Source: Selaginella moellendorffii | Lineage: Eukaryota > Plantae > Lycopodiophyta | DNA: 64,000 nucleotides | Assembly (NCBI RefSeq): GCF_000143415.4 | Contig: NW_003314361.1 | Coordinates: forward strand, 372,001-436,000 | Direction of reading: 5' to 3' | In this document: piece by piece, positions 24,040 through 36,195 of the stretch | Layout of the letters: every line of letters begins with the position of its first letter | Numbering within the stretch: the stretch's first letter is position 1 | Notes under the pieces: model-generated | The model's input: only the letters and a program-made list of their open reading frames with translations | Database searches by the model: none | Told to the model about the DNA's origin: nothing | Translations under genes and position numbers: made by a program

Positions 24040-24459
24040 ATGGCGGACCAGGATTTGAAGAAGGACGCGGTGGTGTGGAAGGGGCCCGAGAGTTTGAAGC
24101 AAGCCATCTCGCTGCTCGAGGAATTCAAGCTCCCGGGAGGGCTGCTGCCGCTGGAGGAGGTGATCGAGGTGGGCTACGTCAAGGCGACGGGCTACATGTG
24201 GATCACCACCGCCAAGAAGATCGAGCACAACTTCGCCAAGATCAAGAAGCTGGTGAGTTATTCCACCTCCATCCATGGCTTCCTGAGCGACAAGAAGATC
24301 GCCAAGCTCCAGGGCGTCAAGGCCAAGGAGCTCCTCATCTGGGCTCCCGTGGGGCAGATCATGGCCGACGCCGACGATGCCGTCAAGAGCGTCCACTTCA
24401 AGAGCTTCGCGGGCATCACCAAGACCTTCCCTACTGAAGCTTTTGCTCTTGGGGAGTGA
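24040..24459 (+). CDS. DUF538 family protein, 139 aa
   Basis: LLEEFKLPGGLLPL, GYMWI, LVSY, LQGVKAKELLIW, KTFPTEAF. Confidence 0.92.
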   Translation: MADQDLKKDAVVWKGPESLKQAISLLEEFKLPGGLLPLEEVIEVGYVKATGYMWITTAKKIEHNFAKIKKLVSYSTSIHGFLSDKKIAKLQGVKAKELLIWAPVGQIMADADDAVKSVHFKSFAGITKTFPTEAFALGE

Positions 24460-24599
24460 TAATCCAAAAGCCCACCAAGATCACCAACAAATTTCCAAAA
24501 ATCACGCGAAAACTGTATCTTCGGCTCTTTCGAATATACCCATAAACGTCTCGCAAAATATACATTTAGGGTTTTGCGTTATCCACTTTTTAAAAATCT

Positions 24600-26741
24600 A
24601 TGGACGGTGGAGATTTGTTTGATCTAACGGCGGAGAACTCGACTAGGGCTCTTGGGATGCTCGAGGAATGCTCCGTGCGCGCGCCTGGAATTCCCTGCAA
24701 GGACACCGCGGCTAGGCCCGGCGCTTACCTCGCGGCTCTCAAGGTATGCGGCGGCGCCAGAGATCTAGAGCGCGGCAGGAGAATCCACAGCGAGATTATC
24801 CGCGCCTCCACTCCCGATTGCTTCGTCTCCACCGCGCTCGTCGACATGTACTGCAAATGCGGCAGCCTGGTGGAGGCCCGGGCCGTCTTCGAGGGAATCC
24901 CAGCGCCGGAGAGATCGGTGGTGTCCTGGAACTGCATCGTCATGGGCTACGCGCAGTGCGCTCGCGGCGATCTGGCCCTGGATCTCTACGCGAGAATGGA
25001 CTGCGCTCCCAATCGCGTCACCTTTCTTGCTCTCCTCAAGGCCTGCGTGAGCCTGTCCCAGCGTGAAGATCCCAAGCTTGTCGCCGGAGCCATGATCAAG
25101 CCCGAGAGCTTGCGACTTGGGCGATGGATCCACTCGCGAGCTGCGAGAACCGGCGACGACCGGCACCTCCAGGTCTCCAACACGATCATCGACATGTACT
25201 CCAAGCTCGGCTGCTCGATCGACGCTCACAGGCTCCTCGACGCCATGCCCCGGCCTAGCGTCGTGTCTTGGAACTGCCTCCTCTTGGGATACGCCGAGAA
25301 TGGCCGCGAAAGCTTCGCTCTCGAGCTCTTCTCCCGGATGGAAGACGAAGGCTACGATCCCGACACTGTGACGTTCGTTGCCGCCTTGAAAGCCTGCGCG
25401 AGCCTCGCCGATCGAAGCACCACCAAGCTTCGTTTGCTGGAGAAGGGACGATCCATCCACTCTCGAGCTCTGCGAGCTTTCCATGGAAAGGAGCTCCACA
25501 TCTTCCTCTCGAGCACGCTGGTGGACATGTACGCCAAGTGTGGGAGCTTGGACGAAGCTTGCCGGGTCTTCAAGAGCATGAGGCACCGCAGCGTCGTGAC
25601 GTGGAACTGTATCATCACGGCCTACGCGCAGAGTGGCCACGGCGAGCTCGCGTTGCAACACTTCCAGAAGATGGTTGACGAAGGTGGTCTCGAGCCGGAT
25701 GCGATCACTCTGATGGCGGCTCTCAAGGCTTGCGGGAGCATCGCTGAGAGAGAAGAACCGCAGATCGTCGAAGGAAAGCTCGTCAAGCCCGTGTCACTCG
25801 AGAGAGGCCGAGCTCTTCACCGTCGAGTTGCCAGCTCCGGATCACAGCACCACAGCTTCGTCGCCAGCAGTCTCCTGGATATGTACTCCAAATGCGGGAG
25901 CATGGAGGACGCTCGAGAGATCTTCGAGCGTATGGAAAGCAAGGACCTGGTGTGCTGGACGTCGATGATTCTGGGCTATGCCGAGAGTGGCCAGGGCGAG
26001 CTTGCGCTCAAACTTTACACCGAGATGAAAGCCAGCGGCCTGGAAGCTGACGACGTGACTTTCGTGGCGGCTCTCAAGGCGTGTGGAAGCCTGGGAGCTC
26101 TGGCAGCCGGGAAGAACGTCGAGGCCGAGATCTGCAACGCTGGAGTGGAGAGCCATCTGGTGGTGGCGAATGCTCTCGTCGATTTCTACGGCAAGTGTGG
26201 CAGCATGGCGGAAGCTCGAGAGATCTTTGAGTCGCTGAGCAGCAGCCGCAGGGTCGACGTGATAACTTGGAACTCGTTGATCGACGGGTACAGTCGCCAA
26301 GGCAGCCACCAGCAAGTCTTTGATCTCCTGGACGAGATGGTGGCGCAAAACTTTCGGCCCAACGAGATCACGATGCTGTCAGCTCTCGCGGTTTGCAGCC
26401 ACAGCGGTCTGGTGGATCGAGGCCGGGAGTTCCTCGAGACGATGGAGGCGAAGTTTCGAGTGTCGCCAGGGGTGAAGCACTACAGCTGCGTCGTGGGTCT
26501 GCTGGGACGAGCGAATCGATTCGATGAGGCGCTAAAGGTGGTGAGAAGCATGCCTTGTGATCCCGGCAGCTCCCTGTGGCTGACGCTGCTGGGAGCGTCG
26601 TGGAAGTGGAACGATCTGAGCGTTGGGGAGCTGGCATTTGATAAGCTCCGGGAAGAGAACAGCGCTGCCGCTTTCGTTCTTATGTCAAACATTTACGCTA
26701 ATGGATCGCTCCCTAGAAGAACACATGAGCATTCCTCGTGA
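24600..26741 (+). CDS. PLS-class pentatricopeptide repeat protein with partial E domain, no DYW, 713 aa
   Basis: Repeated LVDMYxKCGSLxEA / VSWNCI / VTFVAALKAC motifs; HYSCVVGLLGRA; AFVLMSNIYA; intronless. Confidence 0.93.
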   Translation: MDGGDLFDLTAENSTRALGMLEECSVRAPGIPCKDTAARPGAYLAALKVCGGARDLERGRRIHSEIIRASTPDCFVSTALVDMYCKCGSLVEARAVFEGIPAPERSVVSWNCIVMGYAQCARGDLALDLYARMDCAPNRVTFLALLKACVSLSQREDPKLVAGAMIKPESLRLGRWIHSRAARTGDDRHLQVSNTIIDMYSKLGCSIDAHRLLDAMPRPSVVSWNCLLLGYAENGRESFALELFSRMEDEGYDPDTVTFVAALKACASLADRSTTKLRLLEKGRSIHSRALRAFHGKELHIFLSSTLVDMYAKCGSLDEACRVFKSMRHRSVVTWNCIITAYAQSGHGELALQHFQKMVDEGGLEPDAITLMAALKACGSIAEREEPQIVEGKLVKPVSLERGRALHRRVASSGSQHHSFVASSLLDMYSKCGSMEDAREIFERMESKDLVCWTSMILGYAESGQGELALKLYTEMKASGLEADDVTFVAALKACGSLGALAAGKNVEAEICNAGVESHLVVANALVDFYGKCGSMAEAREIFESLSSSRRVDVITWNSLIDGYSRQGSHQQVFDLLDEMVAQNFRPNEITMLSALAVCSHSGLVDRGREFLETMEAKFRVSPGVKHYSCVVGLLGRANRFDEALKVVRSMPCDPGSSLWLTLLGASWKWNDLSVGELAFDKLREENSAAAFVLMSNIYANGSLPRRTHEHSS

Positions 26742-26788
26742 GAGATCGATCCCAGGCGCTAGAAAAACTTTTTAGATCGCTTACCTGG

Positions 26789-27136
26789 CTAGCGAACGAC
26801 GGATGTGCTACTCGCCCAGAGGATCAAAGCGCAGATGAAGAGGACGAGTGGGATCAAATGGATGGCGCTCTCGGGCTTGAGGAATTTGGAGGCCGGCCTC
26901 TTGTTGTCGTGGAGGAGCTGCCGCTCGGCATCGTCGGTGTCGCTGCCGCCACTGCCGCCACTGCCGCCATTGCTGCTGTGATGGAGGGGATTATCGGACG
27001 GGAGATCGATGGCCACCATGCTGATGCTTCTGGGAATGACGCCGTTCGCCGCTCGCGTCGGGGATGTGTGGAGATAGACGGCATTCGTTGCGTAGCTAGC
27101 TTCTAGAGAAAGATTGGCGCTCTGCGCCCTGTGCAT
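26789..27136 (-). CDS. Small plant protein with a C-terminal TM helix
   Basis: 115-aa ORF ending ESAIHLIPLVLFICALILWASS, resembling a conserved plant uncharacterised membrane-protein tail. Confidence 0.6.
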   Translation of the reverse strand: MHRAQSANLSLEASYATNAVYLHTSPTRAANGVIPRSISMVAIDLPSDNPLHHSSNGGSGGSGGSDTDDAERQLLHDNKRPASKFLKPESAIHLIPLVLFICALILWASSTSVVR

Positions 27137-27365
27137 CGTCGACGATTCTTGCGCATTAAGATCGATCGCTGCGTAAGAAAGAAAAGAAGATAATTGCTGC
27201 GAAATATTTTAGATCTAGCCGGGATCTGAAGCTCGTGATCTAAGCGTACCTTCGAGCGCCAAGCCGATCGATCCAAGCGAGATGAAGCCCTAACAACGCC
27301 GCGTAGTGAAGATTCTAAGAATCTATATCTAGCATATTCTAGAATATACTAATCGAATTTATCGT

Positions 27366-27378
27366 CCACGTGGCACGT
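27366..27378 (+). promoter_or_regulatory. ABRE/G-box pair (CCACGTGGC, CACGT) upstream of the LysM gene
   Basis: Sequence match about 130 bp upstream of the ATG at 27505. Confidence 0.45.
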
Positions 27379-27504
27379 CTGTCTACCGCGTGATTTACAA
27401 TGCCCGTTTAAAGGAAATATTTATTGGAGAAACCCTGGGGCGAGTGTTCTTTGTTCTTTGTTTCTTCGCGGTGATCAATCAATCGGCGGCACAGCAGCAG
27501 CGCG

Positions 27505-28298
27505 ATGGCGTGGTGGAAGGCATTCACCAAGCCCAAGGAGGAGGAGAGCTCCAGCGCTCCCTCGGATCACAGCGGCGCCGCCGAGATTCCTTGTCCAAAA
27601 TCCGAGAGCGGCGGCGTCGTCTCGTCGACCGTGCATGCTGTCCAGGACGCCACCACCGCCGCCACTGACGCCGCAGGTACGTCGCCGTGCCCGATTTCGT
27701 GATTCTTGCGCGCATTCCTGAGTGTTTTGGATCGAAATCTTTGCTTTCCCTAAAGCGAGCTCGAGGACTTTGGGGTTTCTAGTCATGTAGCGCAAGAATG
27801 TAGGATGCCTGATGCTCCGATCGTCGTCTTGGTGTCATAGATCGTTTAATTTGTTCTCGGATGGGTCGATCGATCCATACTTCTTCACAGGCTTCCACCT
27901 GTGGGATTTCATGGATTTCGTGGATTCCTTGCAATTGGATAAGGGATTTCGTCTTTCTTTAATTTTTTTCTTGCCTGTCTCTGTCCGCTTGGCTGTGCTT
28001 GGTTCTCATGAGAGGCATTTGCTTAGAGAAAGTAACTGAGGCTGTGGCAGCAGTGGGCGCAGAGCAGCGCGAGGCGATTCGAATGGAAAATCGAGAGATT
28101 TGGGGGAGGATCAAAGAGGGCGACACGCTCTGGGGTCTGAGCGAGAAGTACTTGGGCGATGCAACCAAGTGGCCTCATCTCCACGCGGCTTGCCGGAAAG
28201 AACTCGGCCCCGATCCACTGCGACTCCTCCCAGGTACTCACATCACCGAGGCATGCATCGCCAGAGCTCGCGAATCCAGTCGGAAGAGCAGGAACTGA
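27505..28298 (+). CDS. Small protein with one C-terminal bacterial-type LysM domain; exons 27505-27676, 28027-28298
   Basis: IKEGDTLWGLSEKYLGDATKWPHLHAAC...PDPLRLLPGTHI; GT-AG splicing gives DAA-EKVTEAVAA. Confidence 0.75.
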
Positions 28299-29455
28299 AG
28301 ATCACAGCACCAGCAAAAACGATGATAGAAGAAAAGAATTCGCTGCCAGCACTAGCAGCAGCCTTGGGTCGATCGATCGATCCAAGCGCCCATGGATTTG
28401 GATTGGAAGAAGCGAGCTTTCTACTACTAGCTATGGTTTTGTAGAGAAGAAAAGGGTTTTGCGGTGTGTGTACTTTGTTTGATATATAAGACAGTGGGTT
28501 TTCTCCTGCCATGCCATCTCTGTCTAAGTTCGTTTTCTTGGCTCGGTATATTCCACGTGTTCTTCAGGCGTGCCGTTTATAGATTTTTAACGCGACTGTG
28601 AATCGAACTGGCGACTGGCTGGAAAGGCTGATTAGATTATGCCAGGGGGAAGTAAGTTAATGTAGTTTAAATTTGGGGGGAATATCTGGTCGGCATCTAG
28701 CCAGCGAATCAAAAATCTTTTCCTCATCATCGCTGGGCGGGATGTTTTTTGAAATGGAGACGCATAAAAGGCGTGATCCTGCCACGTGCCGGGCGCTGGG
28801 GCCGCCACGTCAACATTCCTTGGTTTTGGGCCGATCCGTACGCCTCGGGCCGTACCCCACTGCGCCACTAGATTTGGCCAGGCTTGCGTGTGTGTGTGTA
28901 CTGTGTGGCGGCTGACACTTAAAGGAGAAGAGAAAAAAGGCGCTGGTTTGGATGGACGGGCAAATATTTTGGGTCTTTCTTCTCTAGGGGTTTCTTGGAT
29001 TGCGATGCCATGGCGCTAGATCGATGCGCCAATTCCTGGCAAGGGAATGCGATTGCGTCGTCGGTAAGCGATGGACGCCGCTAGCAGGAGATGGATTCTT
29101 TTCGCGGCCGTTTTGAGAGATCCGGGCGATCGGCGGCTGTCTTTGGGATGAATCAATCCGGAATACGTGCCCTGGATTGGAGCTGGAGCGTCTTCTACGG
29201 AAGATTGTAGAGGTGGTGGTGTCTTTGCTTCCGGGACTCGTCTGGTGGCCCGGCCAAATGATTCGTGACAGGGACTAGAGCAGGGAGTTCTTACAGGAGT
29301 AGCTTGTGGTTCAAGGGAATGGATCATCATCGAGAAGAATTCCTGGTGACCAGCATTTTAATTCTCTAAAGGTATCGGAACAGGAATGTAGCTCCATCAT
29401 CTGGACTAGAGGAGTTTCCTTTTTTTTATTGGGCTAGCGCCTCTCAAATCGTCCT

Positions 29456-31452
29456 ATGGAGCCGCATTCTTCGACAGCCGTGACGACGCTCTCATTCGAG
29501 GATCATAATGCCAGCGTTGTTAGCTCCGCGGACAGTACCGATTTTGCTACGTGTGATGCATCGGCCGTGGCGAGCTCGAGGCTGAGTGAAGTTCATGGGG
29601 ACTCTGGACGGGTTTCTAGCTCGGATGGCTCATCGCCAATGCCGGTTTTGGCCTCGAGCAACGGGTCCGAGGGCCTGGCAGGCGATGTGTGCACTCCCAA
29701 TGGCGATGTGCCGAGTAACAAGCGGATCGAGCAGCATTCCGGCAAGTTTTGCGACGGTTTTCTTCGATGGTCTTCATGGAAAATGACTGTCTTTTGTGCC
29801 TTGCAGAAGCGGAGATCATGAAGGAGCGATTTGCGCGGTTGCTATTGGGAGAGGATATGTCTGGCGGTGCCAAGGGAGTTTCCACTGCATTGGCGCTGTC
29901 AAATGCCATCACAAATCTCTCTGGTTCGTTTTCGATCTAGACTTGTCATGGTACGGTGTAACCGTGTGGATTTTCGCTGTTGCAGCGTCGGTGTTTGGAA
30001 ACTTGTGGAAGCTAGAACCTTTAGCCACGAGCCGGAGGAGAATGTGGAAGAGAGAAATGAATTGGCTTGTCTCTGTGACAGACTACATTGTTGAGCTCGT
30101 TCCAACCTGGCAAACATTCCCAGACGGAAGCAGCGTTGAGGTGAGTAACAAGTCTCCGTGCGACTTCCGTTACCTAAGATTGATTGTCATCTTATTCGTC
30201 TCAGATCATGGTTGCGAATCCTCGTCCTGATCTGCAAATTAACTTGCCAGCTCTCCGCAAGCTGGACATGATGCTTCTGGTAAGGCATTGTCCAGTTCAG
30301 TCATTCCTTGATCATTTGCTCTCCGTGTAGGATTGCCTCGAGAGCTTTCAAACGCCAGAGTTCTGGTACGTTGATCAGGAGCACATGGTGTGCTGTAAAG
30401 ACAAAGCTCCAAACAGACCCTCGGTGTCCAAGCATGAAGGAAAGTGGTGGCTCCCAGTTCCGAAGGTGCCGCCCAGCGGGCTTTCCGACGAGGCGAAGAA
30501 GGCCCTGCTGCATCAAAAAGAGAGCACAAGTCAAATTTTTAAGGCAGCGATGGCAATAAATAGCCAGATCCTCTCTGAGATGGAAGTCCCCGATGCATAT
30601 CTGGAAGCTCTTCCAAAGGTAAATTTGCGTGCACACATCTTTATCGCAGCGCTGATTTCCTTGGTTGTAGAATGGCAAGGCTATCCTGGGGGATCTGTAC
30701 CGGTATCTTTCATCGGATGAGTTCTCCGCGGATGCGGTTCTCGGTGTCCTCGATGTCTCCAGCGAGCACAGCGCGGTAGAGCTTGCCAACCGGATCGAGG
30801 CCGCGATCCACGTCTGGCAGCACAAGCTCCAGAACAAGCAAACGCAACCGGCATCCAAAGACAACAAGTTCAATGCGAGGAACTCGTGGGTAATGGTCAA
30901 AGAGTTCGTGGCGGACGCCGAGAAGAAGGAAGTGCTCGTGGACAGGGCCGAGGGATTGCTCCATAGCTTGCGGCAAAAGTTTCCGGGGCTACCTCAGACA
31001 CTCTTGGACATGCAAAAGATCCAGTTCAACAAGGTATGTTCTCATATAGAAATCTCCGATGCCTGACTTGCAAAAACAAAACAAAACTTTGCTTGCAGGA
31101 CGTTGGTCAATCCATCCTTGAAAGCTACTCCAGAGTGCTGGAGAGCCTGTCCTTCAACATCACGGCTCGCATTGACGGTGTGCTCAATGCCGACGAGGTA
31201 GCGAGGAGCTCGTCGTTTACGACGACGTCCGACTCGAGCCAGGCCCTGGGAAGCCAATCCACAGATTCGCTCACATTCCCCGTCATCAAGGATCCCTCCC
31301 GCAAATCAGCTGGTCAGAAAACTCTCCTCGCGGACTTCATCAAAGTGGATCAGTTCACGAAGAGGATCTACGCAGACGCTCCAGGCAACAACCAAGTGAA
31401 TCAATGGCCAGCATCGTGTCGCTTGGAGCAGAGTCCTCTTGGAAGAGACTGA
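29456..31452 (+). CDS. ROPGEF: RopGEF (PRONE domain), multi-exon
   Basis: [87 protein letters not shown]. Confidence 0.95.
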
Positions 31453-31581
31453 GGTAGAAGAGACTCACATAAACCTATAGAACTTGTCTTCATCTCTGGT
31501 GATGGTGTTTCCAAAACTCCATAGCCGATTGTATCCAATCCAACGAGGGTAATGTAAAAGGTTGGCCTTTTCTTAGTTCTC

Positions 31582-34500
31582 TCATCGTGTGTAGTTTGCT
31601 ACCAAGTCCTGGAACTCGGCAATTAATTTCTCGATCGTGATGCAACCGCGCTGGCCTTTGCTGCCTCTCGTGCGAACGTTCACCTGATGCAAGAGACGAG
31701 TGTTAAAACTTGCAAACTTAAAGACACGCTGCTTTCGTTCTTACTTCTCCTTTCTCTTGCTCCATAGCGCCCACCACCAAGAGATAGTTGTAGTGTGCCA
31801 TTTGAGCTTCTCGGACCTTGTAATTTGCAGAAGTAGTACGTTAAATGTATAAAAAAAAAACGTGTGTCCAAGTACCTTCTTGTCCACCTTTCTGTCCGAG
31901 ACATCGACGTCTACCTCGAAACCAGCAGCGTGAAGTTTGGCACGAACCTGGTGCGAAAACAGAAAAAGTAAGCAGAACGTTAGGAAAACAAAGGGGTGAA
32001 TCGCGTTTTGTACCTCCTCGGCGTAGTCTTTAAACTTCTCCGAGATTGTGAGAACGATAGCTTGGCGCGGGCTGAGCCAGAAGGGCCATTTTCCAGCATT
32101 GTCTTCCAACAGTATTGCGAACATCCGTTCAATGGACCCCAATATCGCCCGGTGTATGATGACAGGCCGCTCGATCTTTGCTTCGTCTTCGGCCGAGTAG
32201 CTCAGCTTGAACCGAATCGGTGATTGGAAGTCAAGCTGCGTAGATCACGAAGATAAAAAAAAACGTTAAAAGAAAAAAAGGCAAAAGCCCTGAAGACAAG
32301 ACCTGAATTGTTGCGCACTGGAACTTTCTGTTGAGTGCATCAGATACTTGGATGTCAATCTTAGGCCCGTAAAAAGCACCATCTCCTTCGTTCATCTGCA
32401 GAAAAGATTACGAGCTCGGTAATTACATGAAACAGAGAGGAGATATCAAACCTGCCAGGGCTTTGCATGCGCATTCAGAGCGTCCGCCAATGCCCCTTCC
32501 GCCCGATCCCACAAGGAGCTCTCGCCAAGAAAGTTTTCTGGCCGCTGGAATTTCATACGACGTCAAGGACTGCCTTGAAGAATTTCGACATACCGTGGAC
32601 AATTTGAGATCATAAGTAAAGCCGAAAATGGTGTACACGTAATCGAGAAAGTCCAGACATCCCTTGACTTCATCATAAACCTGTAGGAGGTAATCGTTTA
32701 GCAAACCAAAGAAAAATACTGAAAACTAAAACTTACTTGAGATTCCATGCAAAAGATATGAGCATCATCCTGTGACAGCGGCAACGAGATACGTGAGTAA
32801 CTCTACACAGATTATATGACAAACCTGTGAGAAACGCCTGACTCGTGTCAGCCCCGTGAGTGCACCACTTAATTCGTTTCGGTGTAAAACCCCAAAATCA
32901 GCTATTCTCAGAGGCAGCTCTACGTAAATATATATAATCTCGTTAGACAAACACAGTCATGTTGCAGACTCCCTACCTCGATATGAACGGACCCTGTGTT
33001 GGAAAAGTAAACAATGGCCGGGACAATTCATGGGCTTCAGACCAAATTCTTGCTTTTCTATCTGCAGCAAGAGGTTAAAACCAGCGGGCGGTGGATTTTC
33101 CTAGAATTACCTCGAAGACGAACATGTTTTCTTTATAATGAGCCGCATGTCCGGATTGTTCCCAAAGTTTCATGTTATAAATGTTCGGAGTGACTACCTA
33201 AGAGCCGAAGAAAACATTATTTTCTACTGAAAACAGCTCATACTGGACAAACCTCGTCAAAACCTCGCTTCCTGTATTCTGAACGGATAAATTGCAACAG
33301 TTTGTTGTACACAATCGTGCCCTTTGGAAGAAAGAATGCACTCCCTGGGCTGCGAAGGAACGCAAGCGTGAACTCTATAGTTGTTTCTAGGAGCTAGAAA
33401 GTTACCTCAATTCGTGGAAGAAAAAGAGCTGCTGGTTTTTCCCAAGTAACCGATGGTCCCGTTTCTTGGCTTCTTCATACTTGGTCATATAAGCCTACAA
33501 GCCCAACAAATCATCCATATGTTAAAGTTATGGAAACGTAAGAAGTACCTTCAGGGACTGATTATCAGGATATGATATTCCGTAAACGCGTTGAAGGCTT
33601 TCCCGTTCTTGCTTACCTTTCCAATAGCACGCGGAGGCCTGTTTAAATGAACGTTTACGAAAAAAACAGTTTCTTAATCGAACTGACGGCACCTTCAAGC
33701 AAGAAAAAGCTTTCACATAGGATGTGTTGGGAATATGAGGTCCACGACACAAATCAACAAGTGGACCGCATCTGTAAACTGTTATCACAGCATCCTCGGG
33801 CAAATCATTAATTATTTCTACCTGCAAGAGAAACAAAACCTCCTATGACGTTAAAACAGGCTTCCAACAGAGACACTTACTTTGAACTGGTTATCAGAAA
33901 AAATCTCCAGAGCCTGTTGCCGTGTCACTTGTATCCGTTCAAACGGCTGACTCTCCTGCACGTCTCCAAAACAAAGATCAATCTTGTCCTATCATATGCC
34001 TCGTCGAACCTGAACGGCTTTCGTCACTTGGCTTTGCACAGCCGGGAAGTTCTCTTCGTTGAGTGTTCTCCCGTCTTCGTAAAAAGCATCATAGTAAAAA
34101 CCCTACACAAGAAAATGTTGCAACTATACCGATCAAATTCACTAAAACAGTACCTCTCCCCTTGTCGTGCAGGGACCAATGCAGAGCTTGCAACCATACG
34201 CTTGTTCTAAAGACTGGAAACTTACAGCACGTTAAATTCTTCCCCTCGAATGAAGAAAAAAAGAAAATGTAGTACCTCGCCAAGGATATGAGCACTCGAG
34301 TGCCAGAAAGTATCACGACCCTGCTCGTCCTTAAACGCGTAAAGAACAAGCGTGCAATCCTCTTCCAAAGGGCGTCCCATATCCCACAGAGTTCCATTCA
34401 CCTGATTGGAAACGCTCGCACACAAAGAAGTGAGAAAAGAGGTAACAGTACCTGCGCAATAACATAATCAGCAGCCTTCTTCTTCGAGATTAGCCTGGCA

Positions 34501-34718
34501 ATGTCCAGTGGAGTCGTGAGAAGCCTTCTTCCGGGGTACACCACTTCCCCATCCTTGTGCACAGTCACACTGGACGAGAAAAATGTTGGCTACAAGCAAG
34601 AGATAAATCCGGCCTACTCGATCGGCTGGCCTCCGAGCTTCTCGTTGCGCGCGCGCTCCGACGCCTGTAGCTCGCTGAAGATGCGAATGCGCTTCTGGAT
34701 CACCGCCGGATCCGCCAT
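31582..34718 (-). CDS. THRRS: Threonyl-tRNA synthetase (cytosolic type), about 19 short exons, intact copy
   Basis: TGS domain ([11 protein letters not shown]), [81 protein letters not shown]. Confidence 0.95.
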
Positions 34719-34732
34719 GGCGGAGGTAGCAA

Positions 34733-34741
34733 AAACCCTAA
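34733..34741. promoter_or_regulatory. Telo-box (AAACCCTAA) just upstream of ThrRS; another at 50586-50594 upstream of SBDS
   Basis: Motif known from plant translation-machinery genes; found within 20 bp of both start codons. Confidence 0.55.
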
Positions 34742-34903
34742 CCCTGAATTTTCCAAAACCCTTAATTGCTTTCAGCATTACTTTATGGAAGAATTCAAAA
34801 GTTTAAAAAATGGTTCATATAAAACGACAAATAAATTTCTAGGAATAAAAAAAAGTTAAATATTTTATCTAAAAAATAGAAGAACACTATTTCTTTAATC
34901 AAA

Positions 34904-35779
34904 ATGAGTATTTGGGCCCTTTTACTTTCTTTAATAATGTTCTCTAATTACATAAATTGTGATGTAAATTGGGACGCTCTAACACTTGTAAATTATATAC
35001 AGCTAGAAGATATTCACAAAATTGCATATTATTTGAACAAAATGCTAGATGATAAAATAGATATCACACGCAATTACTATGGTGCTTATACATGGACAAT
35101 TACTCAAGAGCTTTCATTTGGTAGATTAGTTGAGCTTAGTCTTTGGATATATTGTAGAAAACCTGGTGGTATTTGCAACGTTTGTTTAGCTAACACTGGA
35201 GCACTAGGAAGAGAGATAGTTGGTAACTTAGCAGCACTTGTACTAGAGGTTATAAATGAGGCAAAAGGTTATTATTATGGACATATTGCTGCTACAATGG
35301 GTTATGTTGGTGTAAAGTATAAAATTGTGAATGCCCCTTTGTTCTACCAAGACCTTAATATTAGCGAATCTGTAAGAAATATCACAATGTTTACTGATAT
35401 ATCTAATTGCTGGATATACAGGTCAAGCCTTATAAGTGGTGATGCGTTAGAGTTGGGTGCTTATCTGATTAATTCTAACTCTTTAGTCTCCCCAAACAGT
35501 CAATATAAATTAGCTATAGATGGATGTAATTTGATTTTTACTTATCTAGGAAACCATGTGAAATGGAGAACATGGAATAATGGGGATGATTGTTGGTTGC
35601 ATCTACAAGCTAATGGTGATTTAGTAATTAAAAATTCTAATGGAGTTAAAATATGGAGTACAAATACTCAATGTAATACTAATAATTGTAGAATATCAAC
35701 AGTAGTTTCTGTAGAAGATGATGGATTTATATATATCTTTTATATGAACACAAGACGGATAATACGTAGTTTTCCATAA
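34904..35779 (+). CDS. Secreted protein: unknown N-terminal domain fused to a C-terminal bulb-type (GNA/B-lectin) domain, copy 1, 291 aa
   Basis: Hydrophobic signal peptide; LVSPNSQYKL, LHLQANGDLVIKNSNGVKIWSTNT, VEDDGFIYI; intronless, about 30% GC. Confidence 0.8.
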   Translation: MSIWALLLSLIMFSNYINCDVNWDALTLVNYIQLEDIHKIAYYLNKMLDDKIDITRNYYGAYTWTITQELSFGRLVELSLWIYCRKPGGICNVCLANTGALGREIVGNLAALVLEVINEAKGYYYGHIAATMGYVGVKYKIVNAPLFYQDLNISESVRNITMFTDISNCWIYRSSLISGDALELGAYLINSNSLVSPNSQYKLAIDGCNLIFTYLGNHVKWRTWNNGDDCWLHLQANGDLVIKNSNGVKIWSTNTQCNTNNCRISTVVSVEDDGFIYIFYMNTRRIIRSFP

Positions 35780-36195
35780 TATGAAATTGCATATAATTTA
35801 TACATGCCTGAGTAAACAATAAAGGTAAAGGCATCTTTTCATCTTTGAAAAAGGATAATGGAAATTGATGCTGTGGTTTTCTAGACTAAGTGAATAAGGA
35901 GAATGTTAAATGGAAAGCAACTCTATAAAAATGAATAAATCAATTCTCTATGCTAAATACTTTTTATCCAGACAATCTTAAGCAACAAAAGGAATGAAAG
36001 CCAAAATCCAAATCATAAAGGATTTACAAACTAAATAAACATTGGAGATCCAACATTTCAGTTGGTATTTGCATCTTGGTGTACATGTCAGCTAGTTTTC
36101 CCTATAAATATCAAAGCTCTTTGAGAATAGTTTATATCTACTTATTAAGGAGTTTAGCTACTTTGATTTCTGTTTTTACTTTAATAATAGTTGTC

